Origin: a virus
Taxonomy: Duplodnaviria; Caudoviricetes
Length of the DNA: 64,000 nt
IMG/VR virus record: IMGVR_UViG_3300046011_007348
Location: 1-64,000 of that record
Reading direction: 5' to 3' (one strand)
The notes beneath the pieces are model-generated. The model had not been told where the DNA came from. It saw only the letters and a list, made by a program, of their open reading frames with translations, and searched no databases. The translations under genes and the position numbers were made by a program. Positions within the stretch are counted from its first letter, which is position 1, and every line of letters begins with the position of its first letter. Below, one piece after another: positions 19,321 through 29,887 of this stretch.

Positions 19321-21549
19321 CTAATTACCTGGTACTCCATTACGGAAAAATGCAAGCAAAGCTACTATTGAAACTTGACTGCCGTTAGTTCTAATTATTG
19401 TGTTTTGCGGATTAGTTGTGTAATCTGTAGAATTGGTTAACGGACTAGTGGAATTTTCTGCGGGGAATTCATAATTAACTACAACTGAACTAATGCCTGC
19501 TGCAATTCCATCGCTTACATTTCCTTTGGAGATAACTACACTGGTTGCATCAATAATTTCAACAATAATAGAAGGTGTGCTTGTTCTAGAAGCAAAAGGT
19601 ACAGATATTGATGATGATGATAATCTAACCGTGTCTCCTACTAAAAGATTTGTTGTAAGAATATTACTTATTGTAAAAAATGATGTTGTCGTTTCAGTCA
19701 AATAAGTTGTATTTGCAGTTATGGTTACATTAGTAAAAGTACTTCTAGTTTTAATAGGAATTAATTTAAAAGATATAACTAAATTATTCCCAGATACTGT
19801 TCTTGATACTGTATCTCCGCTATAGTTAGAAATTCTTCTTAACTGAATATTGGAGTGAGTGCCAACAAATTGTTGATTCTGAAGGGTTTGTTTTTTAAAA
19901 CAAATAGGCACGCCATTCTGAAAATGATTTGCTATTGTGTTATTAATATTTCCATTTGGTGCGCCGCCTGCAATAGTAATTGTAACAACTTCTCCACTAA
20001 AAGTAAGAGTACTATTGGGTAAATTTCCTCCATCTTGTAGTGACGATGCGCCTCCCACATGAGCTGCGGTGCTGCCATTAAAAGAATACCCGCCAGTTAC
20101 TAGACTGGTTGGCATATAAAATTCAGAATCTGTTCTAACATCTTCTCCCCAAAGCAAAGATGAAGATATTTGAGCTAAAGCTAGATCAAGATACTGAGTT
20201 TCGCTCAAACCACCAGTAAGAAGTCCATGAGTTGTAACAGTTCTAGTAGGGTTAAATAATTCCCTAAATCCTGAAAAACGTATATTTGTGGGAGATACAC
20301 TAGGATTAAAAATAAATTCTTTTAGATTTCTTAATGCACTAAAATTAGGTTTATTCGTATTAGCTAAAAAATATATAACTGTCTCAAGATTCAAACATTT
20401 TGGTACATTTGCGATTGTAGTAGGAATATCAAAACAACCTTCTACAAATAAAGTCTTAAGAGATTGTAATGGTAACGGAAGTTGTCCTATAGCTGGTTTG
20501 AATTGTCTTATAGCATTTACGCTAGGGCTTGTTAAATCATCTACAGATCTAATTTCTAATTCTTGCAAGTTACTTAAGTTTTGTATTGAAGTTGAGTTAA
20601 ATATACTAGTTCCAGTCCCAGTAGATGGATTAACGATTCTAATTCCCAGTAAATCAGTTAAGCTACTGAATGCAATTCTGATAACAATTGGTAATGCTGC
20701 AAAACTTTGACTAGTAATTGTTCTCCAACTAGAAGTTATCGTATTGACATTTTCTATGCTTTCGTTCGGGAAAGTAATCGTGTAATTTTTCCCTGCGTTT
20801 GTTAATAATTCTATTCTAGATAATCTACTTGCTGTTCCAGTTGCGTAATCTCCACTTAATGCAAGTCCATCAAATCTTTGTGCTTGACTGGTAAGTCCAT
20901 TACACAAAATCCAAATTTCTTTGCTGTAATCTATTGAAGGTACAGTAAATCCAGATCCACCTTCCAATCCAATATTAGTTATTGTGTTATTATTAAAACC
21001 ACACACTCCGACTACATATAATGGCATGCTAGTTTGTATTGCAGATGTAAAAACAATAGTTGAGCCTACTTGGTAAGTTGCAACTCCGTTTTTAATTTCT
21101 ATAGACAACACGCTAGATGGAGTGTGTTGAGTCCCAAGCTGTGTTAATGTATTTTCATGAACAACCCATAGTCGGTTTTGATTGTTTGTAATATTAAAAG
21201 GATTGCATATAAATCCATAAGCAATTGATTTAGTAATTGTATTTATATGTGTTGCATATAGAGGGGGAATGCCTAATGTGAAACCACAAGCAGCGCTTAA
21301 CACTGTGCCACCACCGGTTCCCATGCTAAATTCTAATTTTCCAATATAATTTGATGGCAAATTTGATGGCAATCTTAAATTAAGCATTCTCCAACCAGCG
21401 GAAGATACAAATGAATTATTGTATCCAGAAACGCCGTTGACTAAGCTTTCAATAAAACTATCGCTTCCAAGATTAGAATTTGGTTGAGTATATCTATACA
21501 CAAATTGTTCATTTGATGAGCCTTGTCTAAGTAAAACATTTGTAGCCAT
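19321..21549 (-). CDS. Putative tail fibre / receptor-binding protein with LRR-like segment
   Basis: LSNLQELEI, LQSLKTLFVEGC, LNLETV, LRNLKEF repeats within a beta-rich protein. Confidence 0.55.
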   Translation of the reverse strand: MATNVLLRQGSSNEQFVYRYTQPNSNLGSDSFIESLVNGVSGYNNSFVSSAGWRMLNLRLPSNLPSNYIGKLEFSMGTGGGTVLSAACGFTLGIPPLYATHINTITKSIAYGFICNPFNITNNQNRLWVVHENTLTQLGTQHTPSSVLSIEIKNGVATYQVGSTIVFTSAIQTSMPLYVVGVCGFNNNTITNIGLEGGSGFTVPSIDYSKEIWILCNGLTSQAQRFDGLALSGDYATGTASRLSRIELLTNAGKNYTITFPNESIENVNTITSSWRTITSQSFAALPIVIRIAFSSLTDLLGIRIVNPSTGTGTSIFNSTSIQNLSNLQELEIRSVDDLTSPSVNAIRQFKPAIGQLPLPLQSLKTLFVEGCFDIPTTIANVPKCLNLETVIYFLANTNKPNFSALRNLKEFIFNPSVSPTNIRFSGFRELFNPTRTVTTHGLLTGGLSETQYLDLALAQISSSLLWGEDVRTDSEFYMPTSLVTGGYSFNGSTAAHVGGASSLQDGGNLPNSTLTFSGEVVTITIAGGAPNGNINNTIANHFQNGVPICFKKQTLQNQQFVGTHSNIQLRRISNYSGDTVSRTVSGNNLVISFKLIPIKTRSTFTNVTITANTTYLTETTTSFFTISNILTTNLLVGDTVRLSSSSISVPFASRTSTPSIIVEIIDATSVVISKGNVSDGIAAGISSVVVNYEFPAENSTSPLTNSTDYTTNPQNTIIRTNGSQVSIVALLAFFRNGVPGN

Positions 21550-24080
21550 TATATTTGTCCTGTAATAATAGAAATTGTACCACTACCTATATTAACAACA
21601 TGTAAAGGATTTTGTTCAGTGACGTTTGCTGTTACAGTCATACTACCAAATCCTGAAAGCCATTCAATTTGTTCATTTATCTTACTTGGTAATTCTCCTA
21701 AATGCTTCATATAAAATAAAACAAGATCTTGTGATGACAAAGAATTATTAAAGGTGTCGTAAGTTGTAGTAAAAAACTCTCTGTAATCCTGAAATAAATC
21801 AGCTATTTTTAATTGCTTGCTACCATTTCCAATAATCATACTTGCTATAATATCACCAATAGGATTATATCCATCATTTTGGATTAACGCTGTTATTCCA
21901 GCTGCCAACAAGTTGCCTTTTAAAAATGCCCCAGGAGCTAATAAATCTATAAATGTTGTCTGAGAATTAAGTTCCATTAATATGGGTGATGTGTTGTACA
22001 GAATTGTTTTTAAATCAGCATCTACTGAAATACCAATAGTTGGGAAAGTTGTATTAATTGTCGTTACACTATTTAGTCCATCATAATTACGTCTTCTTAC
22101 TACGCCAGCTGTTGTACTACTAGCAACATATACAACGTCAACTGCATCTACAGATGTAATTATATCCGGGTTGGCTAAGCTAATATTAAATGTAAATTGA
22201 TTATCAAGTGTGTATGCAGTAGCTGTGCCAAATCTAGTATAAGCTCGAACAACTCCTGCGAATGTTGCGAATAATTTTAATTGGCTGTACGTTATTGCAA
22301 GTGGAACTTCAAACTGTTGGCTAATAGTCTGTAGTAAACTAACGGCTGAAGTAGTAGCACTATAAACTAAAATAGAAGTTGAGGTTAAAACAAAAAATCT
22401 ATTATCAGCTGCTAATACAGAAGCATTTGGTGGTATTATTAGCCCAGATTCAGAATAAAGCAAGACTGGTTCTAACCAATTTGTTATATTCCAAACTGTA
22501 AATCCTGTTGAGTTTGTAATAATTAATCTATCTTGAGCTGGACTGGTAATTGTTATGATTGCTAAATCTATTGAATCAGGCACGCTAGGAGGGATAAAAC
22601 TTGTAATAGTATCTCCTGTTATTCCATTCAATATTAGTATTGTAGATGAATTGTCTTCAGCAACATAAAGTACATCGTTTTTAGTAAAATAAGCAATATT
22701 TCTAGCGTTTCTATCTATTCTTCTAACAACATTTTGCAAGGTTGTTGATACAATCAATACATCTTTTGATGAAGGCTCAATTAAATAAACTAAATTATTT
22801 GGATCATATTGTTCTTGTACTGATGGATTTAGATTAATTGTTGCAGAATTAGCAGGAGTAACTCTAAATCTTCTAGCTACTATTTCCGTGGGGACATTGC
22901 TGATTGCATTTAAATATTTAGGATAGTGTTTAGTATAGTTAAATCTAGAATTAAATAGTTCTTTTGTTAGCATTCCAAATAAAAATATCTCTTTAGCTGG
23001 TGTTAAATTCTGGAATTGTCCAGCAGCAGAAAACATTTTTACTACTGAATTAGTTGATCCTATTTTTGTGACAGAAGTTCCATATTTTTTTAATTTACTA
23101 TACCCACTTGTTATTTTAGTTCGATGTATAAAAGTTACTGGTAACGCAGATGCATTACGCTCTGGGAAATCTAAAGTGTCTGAAATATTTATTTTATGGA
23201 ACATTACCCATGTAGTTGATCCGCCTGCTCTTGCATCTGGGACGTAAGCGTAAAATTTTACGGCACTACCATCGTAACTGCCAATTTCAATTCCAAGCAT
23301 GACTACGCGAGAAAAATTTATAGTATGCCCAGATATTCCTGTTCCATCTAATTTGTCAACAAACGAACTTCTATTATAAACGATATTTGTAACAATATTT
23401 GAAGAGTCAGTGTATCTTCTAACTACTCTAAAATTATTACCTGAACCATCGCCTTGAATTTCTATATACCATCCAGAAGTAGATGAGAACAATCCACATT
23501 GAGAGATGCAATTATCGCTAACACTTTCTCTGACAATACCAAAAGATGCAAACGTGTTGGCAGCAACGTCGCAATCAAAAACTTGCTTGGTTGAACAAGC
23601 TGCGTTTCGTGGTGGATCACTTGGATTATTTGGATCATTGTCATATTGAGTGTCAATAGTTAATTCAACAGCTGAGTTTTCGTACTTGGCATAAGTTACA
23701 ATTCCAGCATATAAATCAAGCATTATGCTTTGACTAGGAGAGTTGTCTAACCAAATACCTTGATAATCAGATGTTAAAGGGGCATTTTGTAAAAGTGTTT
23801 TTTTAATGCCACCTCCACTAACAAGTCCTAAGACTATATCCCAGTCATTTTTATCTATTCCGTATTGGTGTGTGTCTGCAAACAATATTTGGCGTTTATC
23901 TTCAATAGGAAAGCCAAACATTGTAGTTTCAATGTCTTCTGGTAATGACTTGTTTACTCTATTTACTTGGTAAACTGGATCATTAGCTAAAGTGACAGAA
24001 TAAGAAGTTGCCGCAGGTTTTTGTCCATAGTCCGCAGCATTTTCCCCCAATGAATCCGGTATATATATGTAGTCTGCCAT
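21549..24080 (-). CDS. Virion structural / tail fibre protein with probable beta-propeller insertion
   Basis: Paralogue of 24080..26062 (GQKPAATSYSVTLAND..MFGFPIEDKRQ). Confidence 0.6.
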   Translation of the reverse strand: MADYIYIPDSLGENAADYGQKPAATSYSVTLANDPVYQVNRVNKSLPEDIETTMFGFPIEDKRQILFADTHQYGIDKNDWDIVLGLVSGGGIKKTLLQNAPLTSDYQGIWLDNSPSQSIMLDLYAGIVTYAKYENSAVELTIDTQYDNDPNNPSDPPRNAACSTKQVFDCDVAANTFASFGIVRESVSDNCISQCGLFSSTSGWYIEIQGDGSGNNFRVVRRYTDSSNIVTNIVYNRSSFVDKLDGTGISGHTINFSRVVMLGIEIGSYDGSAVKFYAYVPDARAGGSTTWVMFHKINISDTLDFPERNASALPVTFIHRTKITSGYSKLKKYGTSVTKIGSTNSVVKMFSAAGQFQNLTPAKEIFLFGMLTKELFNSRFNYTKHYPKYLNAISNVPTEIVARRFRVTPANSATINLNPSVQEQYDPNNLVYLIEPSSKDVLIVSTTLQNVVRRIDRNARNIAYFTKNDVLYVAEDNSSTILILNGITGDTITSFIPPSVPDSIDLAIITITSPAQDRLIITNSTGFTVWNITNWLEPVLLYSESGLIIPPNASVLAADNRFFVLTSTSILVYSATTSAVSLLQTISQQFEVPLAITYSQLKLFATFAGVVRAYTRFGTATAYTLDNQFTFNISLANPDIITSVDAVDVVYVASSTTAGVVRRRNYDGLNSVTTINTTFPTIGISVDADLKTILYNTSPILMELNSQTTFIDLLAPGAFLKGNLLAAGITALIQNDGYNPIGDIIASMIIGNGSKQLKIADLFQDYREFFTTTYDTFNNSLSSQDLVLFYMKHLGELPSKINEQIEWLSGFGSMTVTANVTEQNPLHVVNIGSGTISIITGQI

Positions 24081-26062
24081 TATTGAACTCCAAATACAAG
24101 ACTACAAGATGCTGTTGTGCTACTTGTTGAAAGACTTCTTGCTATAACAAGCAAGATGTCTCCAGGAACATTGTTAGCTACGCCTTCAGCGCGTCCTAAC
24201 AACTCTCTTTGGGGATCGAAAATTTCTGTTAAGTCAAATTCAGTGCCTTCGTTTGCACCACAGTAAAAAGCTCCAATTACTTTAGTCGCTCCATTAATAC
24301 TAGGATATCCGTTCAATGTTTGAATTGTACTAGAATTCCAGTATGGTGGGTTAATAATTGCTACCGCATCTAATGACACAGCTGCGTTTTGAGCTGTTAA
24401 TATATTTGAACCTTCTGGTGTTAAATAACTATTAAGCCAACTACCAGCCGCTTTAACTAAATAAAATTCTGTATTTTGCGTTGAACTAATATATAACTTA
24501 TATGGGTATGCTCTAGATTTCTGAGGACGAGATTGACTTATATCGTTGTTCCATATATATGGACGCATGACTATAGCAAGCATTGGTAAGTAGTTAGTGT
24601 TGGCAATACTAACGCTAGTTGCTGAACCTGTTTTAACAATTGCTGGGCGAGGATCTCCTCCATCAATCCAAATAGATACGCCGAATCTTCTTAGTAATCC
24701 TGGGATTGTTGAACTAGTAAATCCGCCGAGAGAAAAATCAGATTGGAAACTGTTACTAGAATTAATTTGTTTTCCGTACAAATAAGTTACAGGCATATCT
24801 GGATTAGACATACTTGGAACTGGCAAAGTATCTCCCACTCTTATTTCATGTCCGGTAACCCATCTTGTTGCTCCATTAAAAGGCACGTTTCTATCAGGAA
24901 TGTAAGCTAATCCTTTACCACCAGATCCGCCGTACCAGCTTCTTTGTATAAGAAACATGCATAAATTAGAGCGCTCATTGATATAAATTGTTCCATTTAA
25001 TGCTCCTCCTGTTATTGCTTGGTTTATAGTAATAGCTGTAATATTTCCCGAAGTAATTGTTACTGCTGTAATTCTTGTGTCTGCCGGGATATTAGTACCA
25101 CGCACTGTCATTCCTATTGCTAAAGGGGCGGAAGTACTAGGGACAGGACTACCAAAATTTATTGCCGAGCTATTATTATTACCTGTGCAACTAGCTATCT
25201 CATAGCTGTCAGTAATAAAACTAATTTGCTTAGCAGAGTTGCCAGCTGTTCCATCTATTTGTGGACTGCCTTCTTGATTTCTTCCTGTGTATTTATCTCT
25301 GTTAAAATTACTGCCTACCATAGAAGTGTAAGCTATTTCTTCCCAGGTGTTACTTCCTATGTAGTTGGTGTTGGTTCCATTCCCAACTAAATATTCTGGG
25401 CGAAACATTAAGCTATTCCCGACTTGAACTCCTTGGCTAGTATTTCCTTGTTCATAAAAATCTTTTTTTACTTGGTTAGAAGCAGTCCCTGGTGGTACAG
25501 CAGAAGTGCGTCTAAAAAACAATAAATAATTACGCCATATTCTTAAATTACCAGTGGCATCACCTCTTTTTGTTAGAACTCGCCAACCATAGCCATCGAA
25601 TTTAGTAAATTCTCCCCACTGGACAAAGCAATTATGAATAGCAGGCCCAATAGCACATTGAATAGCTTGTGATACTGAAATTTGTTTACCAGGCTGATAT
25701 TTATAGGCGAATTTAGTTTGATGTGTTGAAAAATCATTTGTTCCTAAACTTAATTGTACACAGCTTCTATTTGGATCGTATGTAAAAGTGCCTGTGCTTT
25801 CCCAAACAGATGAGTCTATACCATAGCTTGGTAATTCTTGTAATAAAAATTGTCTTTGTTCTGTGATTGGAAAACCAAACATTGATGATTTAACATCGCT
25901 GACTATAGATGTTGCATCTTGAATATTTAATGATGCTTGATCTGATGCTAAAACTACAGAAATTGAGTTAGCAGCTGTTTGTCTCCCTGGTTGGATAGGA
26001 ACACTTCTAGACACAGATACTGCATTATCTGTTTGTTCTCCGGTTATTATAATATCACTCAT
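24080..26062 (-). CDS. Virion structural / tail fibre protein
   Basis: GRQTAANSISVVLASD..MFGFPITEQRQF, YKYQPGK, SWYGGSG; G.TV.GTNIPADTRIT beta module. Confidence 0.6.
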   Translation of the reverse strand: MSDIIITGEQTDNAVSVSRSVPIQPGRQTAANSISVVLASDQASLNIQDATSIVSDVKSSMFGFPITEQRQFLLQELPSYGIDSSVWESTGTFTYDPNRSCVQLSLGTNDFSTHQTKFAYKYQPGKQISVSQAIQCAIGPAIHNCFVQWGEFTKFDGYGWRVLTKRGDATGNLRIWRNYLLFFRRTSAVPPGTASNQVKKDFYEQGNTSQGVQVGNSLMFRPEYLVGNGTNTNYIGSNTWEEIAYTSMVGSNFNRDKYTGRNQEGSPQIDGTAGNSAKQISFITDSYEIASCTGNNNSSAINFGSPVPSTSAPLAIGMTVRGTNIPADTRITAVTITSGNITAITINQAITGGALNGTIYINERSNLCMFLIQRSWYGGSGGKGLAYIPDRNVPFNGATRWVTGHEIRVGDTLPVPSMSNPDMPVTYLYGKQINSSNSFQSDFSLGGFTSSTIPGLLRRFGVSIWIDGGDPRPAIVKTGSATSVSIANTNYLPMLAIVMRPYIWNNDISQSRPQKSRAYPYKLYISSTQNTEFYLVKAAGSWLNSYLTPEGSNILTAQNAAVSLDAVAIINPPYWNSSTIQTLNGYPSINGATKVIGAFYCGANEGTEFDLTEIFDPQRELLGRAEGVANNVPGDILLVIARSLSTSSTTASCSLVFGVQ

Positions 26063-27186
26063 TGTAAATCACTCCAACTATCTGTAAATGTACAATTCCC
26101 TTCCATAACTCTAACAGTGTCTCCGTTATTCAATCTAACTAATATTTCATATCCATATTCTCCATCCATATCGTAAAATTCAGCGCTGTTTACGTATAAT
26201 TCTAAACTAATTGTGTTGAATGGTATTACTCCAACCATGAATTTGGAATAAGGAGGGATGATAACATTACCTTCGGGTGCCAAAAGTTTTACTGTTGGTG
26301 TAGTTAATGCAGTAGGAGGGATTCCTACAAAATTTTCCTTGAAAGCTACTGCTCCTACATATTTCCATTCTTTATCAACATTAGAATAAGATTGAACATA
26401 CAATCTTGTATTTGCAGTCATTGCGGGTAAACCTAAATACCAGCCTTGGATGCTTACATCTACTCCTGTTGTATTAGTTGAGTTAATCGCTATATCCGCA
26501 CTTCCGTTGTTTAAGTAACCATGACTATTTGTAACATAACAGTTGTAGCCATTAAGAGTGCCAGCGACAACTGTTTCTCTAATTTCAATACTTGTTTGTC
26601 CAGCATTTACAGTGTTTGCTACTGTAACTCCTGTTACTAATGTACCACTTGTAAAAGCAAGTATACTGCCAGCGGGGATTTGTTGAGTTACGCCTGTTAC
26701 ATTTAATGTATTTGATGTATTGCTAGTTACATTTACAGTAAAGCTGCTTGCTACATTAGCATGAAACGCAGCCACTGATGCAGAACGATTAAATATTCTA
26801 GCTTCACTAACTGTTTTAGTTGCATTAGAACTTAAAACAAGAGTAGAGTCAGTAACAGCGTCTACTTTAGCAATTGCAACAGCGCCTTCAATAATTACTT
26901 TATCCCCAACTCTAACAGGCAGTAAAGACAATATTTTACTTTTGTCAGCTGTAGCAGGATATGCTTTAATTTGTACATTTGGGGTGTTAATTGTAGTAGA
27001 TGCAGTAAATCGTTTAACTAAACTAAATCCCGGAGATTTACGTCGAACTTCTCCAAATACCAAAGCATTTGCAAAGTTCATGCCATAACTACCTGTTACA
27101 GTTAAATTAAATCTAGCTGTCTCACCTTTTTTAAGTAATAAATCTAATTTTTGTGTATTAAACTGAGGTTTAAATGGTTCAGTCAT
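26059..27186 (-). CDS. Baseplate/fibre adaptor (BppU-like with insertions)
   Basis: N-terminal LLKKGETARFNL and C-terminal YGYEI..VRVMEG..F halves of an Ig-like adaptor. Confidence 0.5.
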   Translation of the reverse strand: MTEPFKPQFNTQKLDLLLKKGETARFNLTVTGSYGMNFANALVFGEVRRKSPGFSLVKRFTASTTINTPNVQIKAYPATADKSKILSLLPVRVGDKVIIEGAVAIAKVDAVTDSTLVLSSNATKTVSEARIFNRSASVAAFHANVASSFTVNVTSNTSNTLNVTGVTQQIPAGSILAFTSGTLVTGVTVANTVNAGQTSIEIRETVVAGTLNGYNCYVTNSHGYLNNGSADIAINSTNTTGVDVSIQGWYLGLPAMTANTRLYVQSYSNVDKEWKYVGAVAFKENFVGIPPTALTTPTVKLLAPEGNVIIPPYSKFMVGVIPFNTISLELYVNSAEFYDMDGEYGYEILVRLNNGDTVRVMEGNCTFTDSWSDLQ

Positions 27187-27385
27187 AATCTAATTCCAAT
27201 AAATAAGACGGACTAATTTCCAATACTTTAGCTATTTTTTTAATTAAGCAAGCACGTTTAATTCCATTACTTTCCGCCCTAACGAGAGTCATGCGGCTAA
27301 CTCCAATACAATTTGCTAGTTGTTGGCAACTAAAACCTTTTTCAATTCTACATTTTTTTAAATAGCTTCCCTGCCTTTTGGACAT
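27179..27385 (-). CDS. XRE-family HTH regulator
   Basis: LKKCRIEKGFSCQQLANCIGVSRMTLVRAE..IAKVLEISPSYL. Confidence 0.85.
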   Translation of the reverse strand: MSKRQGSYLKKCRIEKGFSCQQLANCIGVSRMTLVRAESNGIKRACLIKKIAKVLEISPSYLLELDYD

Positions 27386-27480
27386 AATTTAATACCATAA
27401 AAGATACAGCTACAATAATTATTGCCATTATAATTAGCGAGAATAGTTTAAGCTAAAAACAAGTGTTTTAGCTTAATTGT

Positions 27481-29229
27481 ATGTCACGGAAATTTATAAA
27501 AGAATTATCAGAACAGCAAGTCATAGATTCAATTAATCAAGCAAAAAGAGAAAAAATGTCAGACAAACCAAAAGGATTTGCTATTGCCAACTCCGTCAAG
27601 ATTCAAGACAGCGTATCAGTAGAATCTACTACAGATGTTTCAGCTCCTGCACCTACTCCTGCTCCTGAGCATGATGCGCCCAAGCCTTTGTCTTTAGACG
27701 ACGTTGAACGTGTTTTATCTGTTCATTTAGATAAAATGCAATCTTCTTTAGAAGCGGAAAAACAAGCTAAAGCAGAATTAGAAGCTGCTTTACAAAAAGA
27801 ACGTGCTGAAAAGGACGCTCTTAAGTCTCAACTAGATACAGCGAGATTAGCTGAAAAAGTATTAAATGATATTGGTAGAATGCAAGGAAAAACTGAAAAC
27901 GTTTCTGTTCCTAATGTTAATAGAGTAATAACATCTAAAGCAGATGCGCCACAAGGTGCTTTAAAAGATTGGTTTAACATTTTTGATGACTGCTCCAAAG
28001 TTATCAAAGTACGCGCCAATGGCTCCCAGTATGTTACTCAAGACAACAGGCAGTTGAATCAATTTGTTAAAGAAAACAAAGCAGCTGTTATTAAAGACTT
28101 AGAGTCTTGGGCAAAAGCCAATGGTATGTTGCGTGGTTCTTCTACCATTTCCAAGGATGCTGCAACAGTTGGTGGAGACATCCAAGGCGGATTTTTGTCT
28201 GTTTTGTCATCGATTATGCGTACCAACAATCGTCAAGGATTTATCTTTTGGCAATTTGCTAATACTGTAATTGATTTTGGTAAAGGATTGGGAGACAACA
28301 TTAAGATTCCTAGAGCGGCTTATTTACCTGCTCCTAACGCTCCTGAGGACAGATTATTGTCAAGTGCTGGTGCGTATACTCGTATTGACTCTGGTAATCA
28401 AAATTTATCCACTGGAGTTGTAACAGCTCAGTTAAGTGAATGGGGTTTAGGACGTAATTCCCAATATCCTCCTGTTACTTTAGTTAGCTTTGTAACTGCC
28501 TATTCAATGATTGAATTGTTGTCAATTTTGAATAGAAACTTAATGCGAGATTACTACGCATGGGAAGATTTGCAGATTAGAAGCTTGTGGACTGGCACAA
28601 CTCGTGTTGTTTACAATGATAAAAACGCTGTTACCACTGCGATTGGTGATGTTGCTACTGCTGGAGATGATGGAACTTTATCTCGCAAATTCTTAGCGTC
28701 TCTGTATGGTTACATGAAAGAGCTACAGATTCCTCCATTTGCTGGTAACAAGTATGGCTTGGTAGTTAACAGCACAGCTTTGACTCAATTAAAAATTAGC
28801 TATGACACTTTGTGGCATGCTGCTAGTCCTAGCGAATTGCAAGCCTTGACAGAGTTCTTAAATCCTGTTCTAATCTCTCCTGGTGAGACAGATAAGCTAA
28901 CTGGATATTGTGGAGATTTTGAGAACTTCATGATTTTCGAGACTAATGCTTATGGTGTTGGTGGTAGCGGCGCTCCCGGCGTTCAAACAGAAAGCAGCAA
29001 AGTCACTCACACTAGCTTTGCTTTTGGTTCTGACACAATCGGACGTGGCATCGGCACTGAAATGGAAGTTCGCTTTGATGATGACACTGATTTTGGACGT
29101 GCTACTAGAACTATCTGGCGCTCTGAAGAAGGATTTGTTCAAATGGATGTTGATGGTGCAGGAGACAGTAGTGCTGTCCCACAACAACTTAGAGTTATCA
29201 AAGTTAACACACTCAAAACCGCAGTTTAA
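27481..29229 (+). CDS. Major capsid protein with N-terminal scaffold/coiled-coil region
   Basis: 582 aa; AP-rich linker and coiled coil, then GDNIKIPR...FAFGSDTIG...DDTDFGR capsid-like region; precedes head-completion genes. Confidence 0.7.
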   Translation: MSRKFIKELSEQQVIDSINQAKREKMSDKPKGFAIANSVKIQDSVSVESTTDVSAPAPTPAPEHDAPKPLSLDDVERVLSVHLDKMQSSLEAEKQAKAELEAALQKERAEKDALKSQLDTARLAEKVLNDIGRMQGKTENVSVPNVNRVITSKADAPQGALKDWFNIFDDCSKVIKVRANGSQYVTQDNRQLNQFVKENKAAVIKDLESWAKANGMLRGSSTISKDAATVGGDIQGGFLSVLSSIMRTNNRQGFIFWQFANTVIDFGKGLGDNIKIPRAAYLPAPNAPEDRLLSSAGAYTRIDSGNQNLSTGVVTAQLSEWGLGRNSQYPPVTLVSFVTAYSMIELLSILNRNLMRDYYAWEDLQIRSLWTGTTRVVYNDKNAVTTAIGDVATAGDDGTLSRKFLASLYGYMKELQIPPFAGNKYGLVVNSTALTQLKISYDTLWHAASPSELQALTEFLNPVLISPGETDKLTGYCGDFENFMIFETNAYGVGGSGAPGVQTESSKVTHTSFAFGSDTIGRGIGTEMEVRFDDDTDFGRATRTIWRSEEGFVQMDVDGAGDSSAVPQQLRVIKVNTLKTAV

Positions 29230-29243
29230 TATTGATATTTCCT

Positions 29244-29474
29244 ATGACAGAACAAGATGAAAATAAGGAAATAATCAAAGAAGCCAAAGAGGTAAAGGAG
29301 TCAAGGAAAAAAACATCTACGGCTCCTACCCCAGCTTTTCAGCATCCTGGCTTTGACTCACAGTTCAAATGTTTGTTGTGTGGGCAATTTAGAACTAATT
29401 TGGTTGGTACAATATTTTGCCCAGAGTATTTAAAAGAATGTCCTAGATTTGTGGAGGATAGACGCAATGCCTAA
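29244..29474 (+). CDS. Small Cys-containing protein
   Basis: CLLC..CPE..C. Confidence 0.5.
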   Translation: MTEQDENKEIIKEAKEVKESRKKTSTAPTPAFQHPGFDSQFKCLLCGQFRTNLVGTIFCPEYLKECPRFVEDRRNA

Positions 29475-29886
29475 GTTGAATACAATACCAGCTAGAGTTC
29501 AAACTGACTCTGTTGGTGGAATCGTTAAAGTTATTTATGATTTTGCTGATGTAGGCGGGAAAATTGGGAACATTCCATTAGAGCTAGAATTACCCCCTGG
29601 CTCCATTATTCATCGTGGTTTTATAGACGTTGTCACTACTATAACAAGTGGTGGTAGCGCTACAGTTGGATTAAGTTTCATCAATAATGCGTCATCTCCA
29701 GTGGCGCAATCTATCTATACTGCTACAGCAATTGCTTCTGTAACAGGAGTTGTAGCTTTAACTGCTAACACTACACCAGTTAAATTAGCTGGCGGTACTA
29801 AATCTGCGCTTAATTTAGTAGTAGCTACTGCTGATTTAACCGCTGGCAAAGCTAACATTTATTTGCAATACTTCGGGGTTGCTTAA
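29467..29886 (+). CDS. Putative capsid decoration protein
   Basis: YDFADVGG..LPPGSII..DV.T..TSGGSATV..ADLTAGK..YL.Y; GGAGG RBS. Confidence 0.6.
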   Translation: MPKLNTIPARVQTDSVGGIVKVIYDFADVGGKIGNIPLELELPPGSIIHRGFIDVVTTITSGGSATVGLSFINNASSPVAQSIYTATAIASVTGVVALTANTTPVKLAGGTKSALNLVVATADLTAGKANIYLQYFGVA

Positions 29887-29887
29887 T

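Noticed and set aside
21349-21372. 12-bp tandem duplication ATTTGATGGCAA
   Set aside because: Only two copies, encoding LPSN-LPSN; no evidence of function
17193-27385. Invertase-controlled (Gin/Cin-type) tail-fibre switch
   Set aside because: No recombinase gene in the window and no matching inverted crossover sites noticed at the block ends
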